DNA of 64,000 bases from positions 2,498 through 66,497 of the forward strand of contig JAZKZP010000115.1 in assembly GCA_045612715.1 (NCBI GenBank). Direction: 5' to 3'. This document shows, in pieces, positions 19,713 through 29,406 of the stretch. Origin of the DNA: Eubacteriales bacterium. GTDB lineage: Bacteria; Bacillota; Clostridia; Oscillospirales; CAG-272. Made by a program: the position numbers and the translations under genes. Below the pieces are notes generated by a model. The model was given only the letters and a program-made list of their open reading frames with translations. It ran no database searches and had not been told where the DNA came from. The number at the start of each line of letters is the position of its first letter. Position 1 is the stretch's first letter.

Positions 19713-20632
19713 TAAATGAGTATTGGTAAAGTGAATAAAGCACGTTTGATTTTGGGGTAAATTTTATTAAAATCAGAAAAAGGAAGAGGATTTTCTCCCA
19801 ATCCACATTCCAAGGTAAATGACGGTTTGTTAAATTCCTCTATAAACCAATCGGTAAATCCTCCATATTTTGCTGTGCCTGAAGGCAATGAAATTTTATA
19901 TCCTGTTAGACGTGATATGGTCTTAGCTAAAGATAGGGAAGCTGAACAAGACTTTTCTCCGCTAGTGTAATATATTTCTTCACCTTGTGTATGAAGAGAT
20001 AATCCTAAATCTGGTTTTATCCATCTAACAAAGTTGCAAAGCGCGCGAGTTTCAGGTTCGCTTTCAGGATATTCACCGCTATATTTACTATTCGCTCCAT
20101 TGTATAAATTTAGTTTTCGCTCAATAATTTTATATTCAGAAAATCCTGAGCTGTAATTGTGATTTAAATCAACTCCTCTTGCGTTGGCTTGCCAATGAGA
20201 AAAATCAGTTCCGTTATTATATTTGATCAATCTTTCTTTGAGGATATTGTTAGATGCAATACCGTGGATAGCATATTCTACGCCATCGGGATTAAGCATA
20301 GGTATTATGTGTATCTTGCGCGTTTCAAAAAGTACTTTTGTCGATATATCAAAAATACTTGAGTTCCTTCTGTATTCGCAACAGGCATCATAAATAAAGT
20401 TTATTAATAATGCACTTGTTATCCACTCCATGCCATGATGAGATGCAATATAGACTACATTTTTCTTACCATCGCCTATCGTAATCAAGGGAATGCTCTT
20501 GCCAAGTATTGTTTTACCAATAGCATTGACTTCTATAAAATCAAATTTCTCTTGTAATTCATATATCTTGTCTCTTAACTCTTGATAATCAAATTTTTTT
20601 GTTAAAGATAAGAATGTTTCATTGGATTGCAA
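19712..20632 (-). CDS. M14 family zinc carboxypeptidase, gamma-D-glutamyl-meso-diaminopimelate peptidase-like
   Basis: HxxE zinc site in SHHGMEW, plus NPDGVEY, DLNHNY and LHTQGE. The start is uncertain: TTG 20632, 6 nt after GAGGTG, or GTG 20641. Confidence 0.75.
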   Translation of the reverse strand: MQSNETFLSLTKKFDYQELRDKIYELQEKFDFIEVNAIGKTILGKSIPLITIGDGKKNVVYIASHHGMEWITSALLINFIYDACCEYRRNSSIFDISTKVLFETRKIHIIPMLNPDGVEYAIHGIASNNILKERLIKYNNGTDFSHWQANARGVDLNHNYSSGFSEYKIIERKLNLYNGANSKYSGEYPESEPETRALCNFVRWIKPDLGLSLHTQGEEIYYTSGEKSCSASLSLAKTISRLTGYKISLPSGTAKYGGFTDWFIEEFNKPSFTLECGLGENPLPFSDFNKIYPKIKRALFTLPILI

Positions 20633-20740
20633 AATTTCCACCTCGCTATTGCTTATTTATAAAAATATATGAAAGTTGAGAGAAAATATTGATAATGCCT
20701 TGAAATTTTACGAAAAATAGTATATAATAAACGATGTTGA

Positions 20741-20783
20741 AAAACAAAAAAGCCGTCAAGAAAGTCTAAACTTACCTGACAGC
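20741..20783 (-). terminator. Putative terminator of tRNA-Thr
   Basis: Minus-strand 7-bp stem GCUGUCA/UGACGGC (one G-U pair) with a large loop, followed by TTTTTTGTTTTT. Confidence 0.5.
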
Positions 20784-20787
20784 TATT

Positions 20788-20863
20788 TGGAGCTAGTGAA
20801 AAGACTCGAACTTTCGACCTGCTGATTACGAATCAGCTGCACTACCGACTGTGCTACACTAGC
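20788..20863 (-). tRNA. tRNA-Thr (anticodon CGU), CCA encoded
   Basis: 76-nt cloverleaf read by hand. Acceptor GCTAGTG/CACTAGC, D stem GCAC/GTGC, anticodon stem GCTGA/TCAGC with loop TTCGTAA, T arm GAAAG-TTCGAGT-CTTTT, discriminator T and 3' CCA. Confidence 0.9.
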
Positions 20864-20878
20864 AAGATTGACTCGTAT

Positions 20879-20907
20879 ATTCTAACACTTAATTTTTATT
20901 TTGTCAA
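20879..20907 (-). promoter_or_regulatory. Promoter of tRNA-Thr
   Basis: Minus strand TTGACA (20907-20902), 17 nt, TGnTAGAAT (-10 at 20884-20879). About 15 nt upstream of the tRNA 5' end. Confidence 0.7.
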
Positions 20908-20944
20908 GTGATAGAAATAATATTTTTTAAAAAAGAGGAAAAAT

Positions 20945-21814
20945 ATGAATCTTTGTGATGTTAAAACAATAAAGCATATAATGAGTGTTTTTGATATTAA
21001 ATTTCGAAAGGAATTTGGTCAAAATTTCTTGATTAATAGAGCCGTTGTGGAAGATATAGCCGATAACTGTGCGGATAGTACGGATACTTCTATTTTGGAA
21101 ATAGGCCCTGGGATCGGACCTTTAACAACCGAACTTGCTTTGCGCTATAGAGATGTAGTGGCACTTGAGATTGACCATGGATTGATTCCCGTTTTGAAAT
21201 ATACTTTGGGCGAGTTCACCAATGTTACAGTTTATAATGAAGACGTTATGAAAGCGGACCTTGATGAATTGCTTAAGCCGTATTTTGAAAAGGGCAAGGT
21301 GTCCGTTTGTGCGAATTTGCCGTACTATATTACCACTCCTATATTGATGAAGCTTTTGGAATGTGGTTTGCCATTTGATTACATAACTATTATGATACAA
21401 TCAGAGGTGGCTGACCGCCTTTGCGCTAAAGCAGGGAAATCTGATTACGGTGCAATAACTGCAGTTCTTGCATATTATGGCATCGCAGAAAAGTTGTTTA
21501 CTGTAAGTGCGGGTAACTTTTTGCCTGCTCCCAAAGTGAATTCTACAGTTGTTAGAATTAGGCTTCATAAAAATAAGCCATATGTTCCCAAAGATGAAAA
21601 AACACTTTTCAGAACAATCAAGGGTGCATTTGAACAGAGAAGAAAAACCTTACCCAATGCTTTGTCCGCTTGCTTCTCTGAACTTGAAAAGGATGAGATA
21701 ACTAATGCTATAGTTGAATGCGGTCATAATCCCGATATTCGAGGCGAAAAGCTCAGTATTGAGCAATTTGTGACTCTTTCTGATAAGTTATACGAGCTTA
21801 TTAAAGCAAAATAA
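20945..21814 (+). CDS. rsmA: 16S rRNA (adenine1518/1519-N6)-dimethyltransferase
   Basis: SAM motif LEIGPGIGPLT and NLPYYITTPI. Confidence 0.93.
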   Translation: MNLCDVKTIKHIMSVFDIKFRKEFGQNFLINRAVVEDIADNCADSTDTSILEIGPGIGPLTTELALRYRDVVALEIDHGLIPVLKYTLGEFTNVTVYNEDVMKADLDELLKPYFEKGKVSVCANLPYYITTPILMKLLECGLPFDYITIMIQSEVADRLCAKAGKSDYGAITAVLAYYGIAEKLFTVSAGNFLPAPKVNSTVVRIRLHKNKPYVPKDEKTLFRTIKGAFEQRRKTLPNALSACFSELEKDEITNAIVECGHNPDIRGEKLSIEQFVTLSDKLYELIKAK

Positions 21815-21835
21815 TAATTAATAGAGGAAACTACA

Positions 21836-22840
21836 ATGTTGCAATTTTCTATTCCAAATGATTATAAATCAATATTGACTTTAAGAGAAACAGAGGTAGC
21901 AATCAAAAAAGTCAAAGACTTTTTTGAAAGACAACTTGCGGTTGAATTAAATTTAACTCGTGTGTCTGCACCTATTTTTGTGCCATCAAACAGTGGTCTT
22001 AATGACAATCTCAACGGGCATGAAAGACCTGTTTCTTTTGATGTATATAGTGGCGAGCAGTTGGAAATAGTTCACTCTCTTGCAAAGTGGAAGAGAATGG
22101 CTCTCAAAACATATAAATTTGAACTTCACGAAGGTTTATATACGGATATGAATGCTATACGCCGAGATGAAGAACTTGATAATATTCATTCAATGTTTGT
22201 TGATCAGTGGGACTGGGAGCGTATTATTGATAAGAGTGAAAGAAACGAATATACTCTCAAAAAGACCGTAAAATCAATTTATCGTGCGCTAAGACATACC
22301 GAAATTTACATATCAAGCGAATATCCTTTTGTGGGTAAAATTTTACCTGAAGAAATAGAATTTATTACCACTCAAGAACTTGAGGATATGTATCCTGATC
22401 TTTCTCCAAAGGATAGGGAATATGCTATATGCAAAGAGAAAAAAGCAGTATTTCTTATGCAGATAGGTGGCAAACTTGGGTCTGGTGAAAAACACGATGG
22501 AAGAGCTCCTGACTATGATGATTGGAGCTTAAATGGTGATATTTTGGTTTACTATCCCGTCCTTGATATTGCACTTGAACTTTCGTCAATGGGTATTCGA
22601 GTTGATGAAGATGCTATGAAGAATCAGCTTGCTATCAGCGGTTGTGAAGAAAGAGCAGCATTGCCATTCCATAGTGCTTTGCTTGCAGGTGATTTACCTT
22701 ATACAATAGGTGGAGGTATTGGCCAGTCACGAATGTGTATGTTTTTCTTAAGAAAGGCTCATATTGGGGAAGTGCAGTCGTCATTTTGGAGTGAAAAAGA
22801 TCATAAATTCTGTGAAGAAAAAGGAATTAATATACTTTGA
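21836..22840 (+). CDS. asnA: Aspartate--ammonia ligase (asparagine synthetase A)
   Basis: 334 aa with AsnA-type class II synthetase-like sequence. Confidence 0.88.
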   Translation: MLQFSIPNDYKSILTLRETEVAIKKVKDFFERQLAVELNLTRVSAPIFVPSNSGLNDNLNGHERPVSFDVYSGEQLEIVHSLAKWKRMALKTYKFELHEGLYTDMNAIRRDEELDNIHSMFVDQWDWERIIDKSERNEYTLKKTVKSIYRALRHTEIYISSEYPFVGKILPEEIEFITTQELEDMYPDLSPKDREYAICKEKKAVFLMQIGGKLGSGEKHDGRAPDYDDWSLNGDILVYYPVLDIALELSSMGIRVDEDAMKNQLAISGCEERAALPFHSALLAGDLPYTIGGGIGQSRMCMFFLRKAHIGEVQSSFWSEKDHKFCEEKGINIL

Positions 22841-22845
22841 TTTTT

Positions 22846-22884
22846 ATTTGAGCATTTGCGTTTGCAAATGCTCAAATTTTTTTA
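22846..22884 (+). terminator. Terminator of rsmA-asnA
   Basis: 14-bp stem ATTTGAGCATTTGC/GCAAATGCTCAAAT with a 4-nt loop and T7. Confidence 0.8.
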
Positions 22885-22903
22885 TAAAAAAGTAATAAAA
22901 GTA

Positions 22904-22931
22904 TTGACAATTCTAAACTTTATGCTATAAT
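22904..22931 (+). promoter_or_regulatory. Promoter of the marR-ABC operon
   Basis: TTGACA, 16 nt, TGcTATAAT. Confidence 0.65.
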
Positions 22932-22950
22932 AGTTAACGTGTTAATTATT
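22929..22950 (+). promoter_or_regulatory. Candidate MarR operator (imperfect inverted repeat)
   Basis: AATAGTTAAC-GT-GTTAATTATT with 9 of 10 positions symmetric. Overlaps the -10 and the predicted start site. Confidence 0.4.
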
Positions 22951-22967
22951 TTGCGAAGGAGTGCAAG

Positions 22968-23453
22968 ATGGAAAAAAATAATTTTGAATTATATAAAACG
23001 ACTATGCGCAAAATGCTTCGTGTTTCAAGGTTACATAGAATGATATGTGAACGTGATATTTCTCAAATGGGAATTCATCACAGTCAACATCATCTTTTGA
23101 TGTATATTGCCAAAGAAGGAGAAATTTCTTCTCAAAAAGAAATAGCTGAACGATTTGGTATAACACCTGCAGCGGTTGCGCGTTCTCTTAAATCTTTAGA
23201 AGCTGAAGGGTTAGTAAAAAGAACAACTTTTGAAAATGATAGCAGATTTAATAGAATTAAGATTACCGAGAAAGGTAAACAAATAATAGATAATTCGTAT
23301 AAAATTTTCGAAGAAATTGATAGTGAAATTTTTGAGGATTTTACAAACGAAGAAATAGTTTTATTTAATAACTTTTTGGATAAAATGCAATCCAAATTAA
23401 CAAAAAATAATGAAAAATGTTGTTGCGTGAGGAAGACAGATGAAAAACAATAA
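22968..23453 (+). CDS. MarR family transcriptional regulator
   Basis: 161 aa with a winged-HTH region (..SQKEIAERFGITPAAVARSLKSLEAEGLV..). Overlaps the downstream ABC gene by 14 nt. Confidence 0.85.
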   Translation: MEKNNFELYKTTMRKMLRVSRLHRMICERDISQMGIHHSQHHLLMYIAKEGEISSQKEIAERFGITPAAVARSLKSLEAEGLVKRTTFENDSRFNRIKITEKGKQIIDNSYKIFEEIDSEIFEDFTNEEIVLFNNFLDKMQSKLTKNNEKCCCVRKTDEKQ

Positions 23454-25239
23454 AAGAATTAATTGGTGGAAATATATAAAGCCTTATTTTCCATACTTTG
23501 TAATTGGCCCATTTTGCATGATAATTGAGGTTATAGGTGAAATACTTATGCCTCGTCTTTTGGCTTATATTATCAATTTGGGGATTGACGGTAAGACAGA
23601 AAATATGCCTTCTATTATTTTGTGGCTTTATGACAAAATTGGAAATAATGCCTTCTTTATTATAGCGATTGCTGTTGGAATGATATTTACTGCTATACTT
23701 ATGATGATTGGCGGCATTGGAGGTGCGTATTTTGGAGGCAAAGCATCCGTAAATTTTGCTGCTGATCTTAGAGCAGATATTTACAAAAAAATACAGAATT
23801 TTTCTTTCTCCAATATAGATAAATTCAGTTCTGCATCACTTGTAACGCGTTTAACAAATGATGTAACTCAGTTGCAGAATTTTGTTAATATGATGCTTAG
23901 AATGTTCTTCCGCGCTCCGGGAATGCTTATTGGCGCTCTCATTATGGCTATTAATCTAAACCCTTCATTGTCAGTAATTCTTGCGGTTTCCGTACCGATT
24001 TTGCTTATTTCTATTGCTTGCATAATTGTTCGCGGATTTCCGTTGTTCGGTAAGATGCAAACCAAAATGGATGGACTTAACTCTACAGTTCAAGAAAATC
24101 TTACCAATGTGAGAGTTGTTAAATCTTTTGTTAGAGAAGACTTTGAAGAAAATAAATTTAAAAATGCCAATGCAGATCTTAAAAATACAGCCGGATCTGC
24201 TATGAAAAATATGATATTGATGTCACCCGTTATGACATTAATCATGAATGCTACATCTATCGCGGTATATTGGTTTGGCGGTCAGCAAGTACTTGGTGGT
24301 CAAATGAATACTGGTGACTTTGCTTCATTCGTAACATATATCACACAAATTTTGTCATCTCTAATGATGGTTACATTCTTGTTCATGATGTTCTCGCGTT
24401 CAATGGCATCGGCTAAGAGAATATCTGAAGTGCTCAACGAAGAGATTGATATTGTTGATGCTGCACAGGATACTGATCATATAGTTCTTAAAGGAGAAAT
24501 TGAGTTTAGAGATGTATCCTTCCGTTATTATAAAGACAGCGCAGAGAAGGTTCTTGACAACATTAATTTGAAGATAAATGCCGGTGATACCATTGGAATT
24601 ATTGGATCAACCGGATGTGGAAAAACAACGCTTGTATCAATGATTGCTCGTCTTTACGATGTTGATGAGGGAGAGGTTTTAGTTGATGGTGTTAATGTCA
24701 AGGATTACTCACTCTATAATCTTCGTGAAGGTGTGGGCATGGTGCTTCAAAAGAATATTTTGTTCTCGGGTAGCATAATTGACAATCTTCGTTGGGGAGA
24801 TAGTGATGCATCAATGGAAGAAATTCGTGAAGCTGCTGATTATGCCCAGGCAGATGGATTTATTACAAGCTTCACTGACGGTTATAATATGGATCTTGGA
24901 CAAGGTGGTACTAACGTTTCAGGTGGTCAGAAGCAACGTCTTTGTATTGCAAGAGCATTGCTCAAAAAGCCTAAAATTTTGATTCTTGATGACTCTACTA
25001 GTGCTGTAGATATGGCTACTGAAGCAAAAATTAGAGAAGCATTCAAAAACAGTCTTAAAGATTCAACAAAGATTATTATCGCACAAAGAATCAATTCTGT
25101 TAAGGATGCAGATGAAATTATAGTTCTTGATGAAGGAAAGATTACAGGTGTCGGTACACACGAATATTTACTTGAAAACAATCTGACATATCAAGAAATT
25201 TACTATTCACAAATGGATAAGAAGGAGGATAAAAAATAA
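23440..25239 (+). CDS. ABC exporter, fused permease/ATP-binding subunit (heterodimer partner 1)
   Basis: Six-TM N-terminal half, then Walker A GSTGCGKTT, signature VSGGQKQR and Walker B ILILDD. Confidence 0.9.
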   Translation: MKNNKRINWWKYIKPYFPYFVIGPFCMIIEVIGEILMPRLLAYIINLGIDGKTENMPSIILWLYDKIGNNAFFIIAIAVGMIFTAILMMIGGIGGAYFGGKASVNFAADLRADIYKKIQNFSFSNIDKFSSASLVTRLTNDVTQLQNFVNMMLRMFFRAPGMLIGALIMAINLNPSLSVILAVSVPILLISIACIIVRGFPLFGKMQTKMDGLNSTVQENLTNVRVVKSFVREDFEENKFKNANADLKNTAGSAMKNMILMSPVMTLIMNATSIAVYWFGGQQVLGGQMNTGDFASFVTYITQILSSLMMVTFLFMMFSRSMASAKRISEVLNEEIDIVDAAQDTDHIVLKGEIEFRDVSFRYYKDSAEKVLDNINLKINAGDTIGIIGSTGCGKTTLVSMIARLYDVDEGEVLVDGVNVKDYSLYNLREGVGMVLQKNILFSGSIIDNLRWGDSDASMEEIREAADYAQADGFITSFTDGYNMDLGQGGTNVSGGQKQRLCIARALLKKPKILILDDSTSAVDMATEAKIREAFKNSLKDSTKIIIAQRINSVKDADEIIVLDEGKITGVGTHEYLLENNLTYQEIYYSQMDKKEDKK

Positions 25240-27143
25240 TGGCTGCAAGAACTTTAGAAGAACTTCAAAAGCAATATGGTGGCAAATCCTCCAAGGGTCC
25301 AATGGGTAAAATGATGGGTGGCGGTCCCGGTCCAAGACGAGGTGGTGGCCCCGGCGTTAGAGCAAAGGGAAAACCCAAGAATACAAAAGCGACCATAAAA
25401 AGATTGCTTTCATATTTGTCAAAGTATAAATTCCGTTTGGTTTTGGTGCTTGTGTGTATGTTTTTTAATACACTTGCTTCACTTACGGGTGCATATATTT
25501 TGCGTCCTGTAATTAATGCTTTGGTAGGACAAGGTAAGCTTGAATTTTTAGGAATTTCATTTGATCAACCACTCGAATATTTGGCATTAATTCTTTCAGT
25601 GATCGGTTGTGTATATCTTTGTGGCATTTGCGCTAACTATTTGCAGTCAAGATTAATGCTTTCGGTTTCTATGAATGCTATTGAAAATCTTAGAAATGAT
25701 CTCTTTAAAAAGGTGCAAAAATTGCCTGTAAGAGCATTTGATAGTGATAGCAACGGAACTATTATGAGCAGCTTTACAAATGATATTGATAATATTGATA
25801 TGATGCTTCATAATACTGTTATTAACCTTATTTCGGGTTCGATAACGCTGATTGGTACACTTTGTATGATGATATATACAAATATTTGGCTTACACTCAT
25901 AACGATTGTATTTATTCCGATTTTTGCGCTTTTGGCAGGACAAATTGCTATGAGATCCTCAAAGTATTACGTTGGTCAGCAGGCTGCTTTGGGTGCAATA
26001 AACGGATATATAGAAGAATCTGTTTCAGGGCAAAAGGTTATTAAAGTATTTAATCACGAAAAAGTGTGTGAAGAAGAATTTGATACACTTAATAGCGATA
26101 TGCGTGAAAAACAATTTAAAGCGCAATTCTTTGGTGGTATTATGGGTCCCGTGCTTGGAAATATGAGCCAAATTAGTTACTCATTAACTGCAGGTATTGG
26201 TGGATTACTTTGTGTTCTTCAAGGATTTGACGTTGGTGGACTTTCGGTTTTTGTAAACTATTCAAGACAGTTCTCCATGCCCATTAATATGATTTCTCAG
26301 CAGATGAGCACTATCTTTTCAGCTCTTGCGGGTGCTGAACGTGTATTCGCGCTTATGGATAGAGAACCCGAAATTGAAAGTGTCGGAGAAGTACATTCTG
26401 CGGAAAATATCAAGGGAGACGTTGTGCTTGAAAACGTAACTTTTGGATATTCTCCTGAAAAAACAATTCTTAAAAATATATCTTTGTATGCGCATCCGGG
26501 TCAAAAAATCGCTTTTGTTGGTTCAACAGGTGCTGGTAAAACTACAGTTACTAACCTTCTTAACCGTTTTTACGATATTGAATCCGGCAAGATTACAATA
26601 GATGGTGTAGATATTAAAGAGTATAATCTTTCCGACTTGAGAAAGAATATTGCAATGGTTTTGCAGGATACTCACTTGTTTACCGGAACTATTATGGAAA
26701 ATATTCGTTATGGACGACTTGATGCTACTGATGAAGAAGTTATCGAGGCGGCAAAAACCGCAAGCGCACATAGCTTTATCATGCGTCTTTCGGATGGATA
26801 TAATACCGTAATTGAAGGTGATGGTGCAAATCTTTCACAAGGTCAAAGACAGCTTTTAAACATCGCACGAGCTGCACTTTCTAAAGCTCCCATACTTGTT
26901 CTTGACGAAGCAACAAGTTCTGTTGATACTAGAACTGAACGTCATATCGAACACGGTATGGATAGACTTATGAAAAACAGAACAACTTTCGTTATTGCGC
27001 ATAGACTATCTACCGTAAGAAATTCAAATGCTATTATGGTGCTTGAACACGGTGAAATTGTTGAGAGAGGAACTCACGAAGAGCTTCTTGAAATGCAGGG
27101 AAGATACTATGAGCTTTACACAGGTAAAAAAGAACTTGACTAA
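25239..27143 (+). CDS. ABC exporter, fused permease/ATP-binding subunit (heterodimer partner 2)
   Basis: TAATG overlap with partner 1. Gly/Pro/Arg-rich N-terminus, TM domain, then GSTGAGKTT, LSQGQRQL and ILVLDE. Confidence 0.9.
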   Translation: MAARTLEELQKQYGGKSSKGPMGKMMGGGPGPRRGGGPGVRAKGKPKNTKATIKRLLSYLSKYKFRLVLVLVCMFFNTLASLTGAYILRPVINALVGQGKLEFLGISFDQPLEYLALILSVIGCVYLCGICANYLQSRLMLSVSMNAIENLRNDLFKKVQKLPVRAFDSDSNGTIMSSFTNDIDNIDMMLHNTVINLISGSITLIGTLCMMIYTNIWLTLITIVFIPIFALLAGQIAMRSSKYYVGQQAALGAINGYIEESVSGQKVIKVFNHEKVCEEEFDTLNSDMREKQFKAQFFGGIMGPVLGNMSQISYSLTAGIGGLLCVLQGFDVGGLSVFVNYSRQFSMPINMISQQMSTIFSALAGAERVFALMDREPEIESVGEVHSAENIKGDVVLENVTFGYSPEKTILKNISLYAHPGQKIAFVGSTGAGKTTVTNLLNRFYDIESGKITIDGVDIKEYNLSDLRKNIAMVLQDTHLFTGTIMENIRYGRLDATDEEVIEAAKTASAHSFIMRLSDGYNTVIEGDGANLSQGQRQLLNIARAALSKAPILVLDEATSSVDTRTERHIEHGMDRLMKNRTTFVIAHRLSTVRNSNAIMVLEHGEIVERGTHEELLEMQGRYYELYTGKKELD

Positions 27144-27183
27144 AGAAAGAAGCCAACTTATGTTGGCTTCTTTCTTGTTTTTC
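27143..27183. terminator. Terminator between the ABC exporter and the convergent dac gene
   Basis: Perfect 15-bp stem 27143-27157/27162-27176 followed by GTTTTTC on the plus strand. The dac stop codon (27158-27160) lies in the loop. The U-tract is weaker on the minus strand. Confidence 0.75.
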
Positions 27184-28444
27184 TTTTCTTTTTCTTGTGT
27201 TTGCGATTGAGTAATATATAATAAATGACTATTAGTAGCAAGAAAATTACAAGCGAAATGAAAAACACTTTGCTCAGAACGAATTGCTTCATCATATCCA
27301 ATGAATATAAAAAAGCATTTCTATCTATATTATCGTTGATTGTCAGTGGAACATTTGCTAGTAATACTCCATCATTAAAAACAGTTAGAGTACCAATAGT
27401 ATCGCCTGCCTTTAATGGAGCCTTCAATTCTCCGTTATTTATGTAAATACTATAAGTTAAATCATTATTTATATCGATATCGTTCGAAAGAAATACTTTT
27501 AAATCCTCTTGCAAATATATATCAATTTCTTTAGATGAAATAGAATATTCAACGGGCAGAGAAGTGATAACATCTGTTTGAGTTTTTATGGTTTTGGTGG
27601 AATAATCATTAAGTGCGTGAGAAATCAGCTTTCTTGAATATGTTTCAGCAAAATTTTTAGTATCCTTGTTATCTACTGACTTAGCATTCATTACAATCGA
27701 AATCAATGAAATTTCGCTAGTTTTATAAAACAAAACAGCACAATCACCATTATTATTGGATCCTGTATTAAAATTTGCTAGCCCTTTGTATTCGGATACT
27801 AAAGAAGAACGATTTGTTATGGTTCTGTAGTCACAAGTTGCTTTTTCAGATAATTTGTAATATTTTGTTGAGCAAATATTAACAAACAATTCGTTTTGAG
27901 CCATATATTTAGCAAGTTTGGAAATATCATTTATGGTAGTATACATTCCAACACCATCTATTCCTGTTGGGTTTAAATAATGAGTATCATTCATTCCCAG
28001 TGCTGTGGCTTTTTCATTCATTTTTTCGGTGAACTTATAAATTGCGGGGTAAATTGTTAGGGCTAAAATGTGTGTTGCATCGTTGTATCCTCCACAAAGC
28101 ATAGCATAAAGAAGATCTTCAATAGTTAGTATGTCGCCTTCTTTAAGATACATACTGCGGCCCGAAACCTCTCTTAGCATACTTTCAGTTACGGTTATCT
28201 CTTGCTGTAAATCGATTCCTGATTCTAATACAACACACGCAGCCATAATTTTGACTGTTGAGGATGGTGAAATTTTCTTGTCGCAATTATCATTTGCCAT
28301 AAGTATACTGTGGGAAATATCATATAGATAGTACCCATCAACAGTAGCATTAGACTCATCAAGTTCAAAGGCAAAACTGTATAAAGAAAAAGATGAGAAC
28401 AGTATAATACTCAAAACAGAAAAAATTATAACTTTTTTGAGCAT
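27158..28444 (-). CDS. S11 (PBP5-type) D-alanyl-D-alanine carboxypeptidase homolog with C-terminal TM anchor and degenerate motifs
   Basis: Signal peptide and SxxK (SSTVK) are present. SxN reads GYN and KTG reads NTG when aligned by eye with the paralog at 56480. ATG 28444 follows AAGAGGTG. Confidence 0.8.
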   Translation of the reverse strand: MLKKVIIFSVLSIILFSSFSLYSFAFELDESNATVDGYYLYDISHSILMANDNCDKKISPSSTVKIMAACVVLESGIDLQQEITVTESMLREVSGRSMYLKEGDILTIEDLLYAMLCGGYNDATHILALTIYPAIYKFTEKMNEKATALGMNDTHYLNPTGIDGVGMYTTINDISKLAKYMAQNELFVNICSTKYYKLSEKATCDYRTITNRSSLVSEYKGLANFNTGSNNNGDCAVLFYKTSEISLISIVMNAKSVDNKDTKNFAETYSRKLISHALNDYSTKTIKTQTDVITSLPVEYSISSKEIDIYLQEDLKVFLSNDIDINNDLTYSIYINNGELKAPLKAGDTIGTLTVFNDGVLLANVPLTINDNIDRNAFLYSLDMMKQFVLSKVFFISLVIFLLLIVIYYILLNRKHKKKKRKTRKKPT

Positions 28445-28460
28445 AGTTCTCACCTCTTTT

Positions 28461-29405
28461 TTAGTTGTGTATAAAAATTTCTCGGGTCTTGTTTATGTCT
28501 AATTTAATTTGTGCTTTGAGATCTTCTATGGTATCAAATTTCATTTCATCGCGAATGCGCGCCATAAACTCAACTTTTACATATTGATCATAGCAATCAC
28601 CATCGAAATCAATAATGTGAGTTTCAATATTTTTGCGTCCATTTTCTTCAACCGTTGGACGAACACCTACATTAGTAACTCCCAAATATTTTCTTCCGTT
28701 AATTGTGCAATCGGTAGCATAAATTCCATTTTTCAAAATCAATTGCTTGCTATTAACGTTTTGGTTGATTGTGGGAATACCCAAAGTTCTGCCTAATGCT
28801 TTGCCGTGTACTACGGGTTCAAGAATGGAATAATTGCGTCCCAACAGGTGATTAGCTCTGCAAATATGTCCATCTGCAAGTAATGAACGAATGTAAGTAG
28901 AAGAAACTACAATGTCATTTTCATAATCAATGCTTTCTTTAACTGACATCAATGGAACAATTGTAGCATTGCCATGCATTAGATCAACAAGCGAATGGCT
29001 AGTGCCTGAAGCCTTTGAACCAAATCTAAAATTCTCGCCGCATACGGCATGGATGCATTTGCAATTATCCTGTAAAACAGAAACTACAAATTCATCCGGT
29101 GATAGTGATTTCATATCATTGAAATCAGCAATTATTGCATATTCTAATCCAAGAGAAGCGAACACGTCGAGTTTTTCATCTAATGAATATATTTCGACAG
29201 TATTTTTATAAAAGTTTGAATCGAAAAACCAAGCTCCACAAGTGAGGTGGGTGTATGTCTTTTTTAATGATTCGTATTTTTCCAATACTGCATTAACAAG
29301 TTGACGGTGTCCAAGATGAACACCGTCAAAATTACCTATGCATAGAACGGTAGGGCAAGGAACACAAGATTCCTCGACCCTTGTTTTTAAATTAATAAAT
29401 CTCAT
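28461..29405 (-). CDS. ribF: Bifunctional riboflavin kinase / FMN adenylyltransferase
   Basis: N-terminal nucleotidyltransferase (GNFDGVHLGH) and C-terminal kinase domain. ATG 29405 lies 1 nt after the ireB stop. Confidence 0.9.
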   Translation of the reverse strand: MRFINLKTRVEESCVPCPTVLCIGNFDGVHLGHRQLVNAVLEKYESLKKTYTHLTCGAWFFDSNFYKNTVEIYSLDEKLDVFASLGLEYAIIADFNDMKSLSPDEFVVSVLQDNCKCIHAVCGENFRFGSKASGTSHSLVDLMHGNATIVPLMSVKESIDYENDIVVSSTYIRSLLADGHICRANHLLGRNYSILEPVVHGKALGRTLGIPTINQNVNSKQLILKNGIYATDCTINGRKYLGVTNVGVRPTVEENGRKNIETHIIDFDGDCYDQYVKVEFMARIRDEMKFDTIEDLKAQIKLDINKTREIFIHN

Positions 29406-29406
29406 T

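Noticed and set aside
21815-21835. Possible T-box or riboswitch leaders upstream of asnA (21815-21835) and argS (37903-37936).
   Set aside because: The intergenic gaps are only 21 and 34 nt, which is too short for any known leader.
25239-25390. Locally G+C-rich patch encoding a Gly/Pro/Arg-rich N-terminus (..GGGPGPRRGGGPGVRAKGKPK..), considered as an insertion or repeat element.
   Set aside because: It is in frame and contiguous with the ABC permease domain, with no flanking repeats. It reads as a disordered N-terminal tail of the protein.
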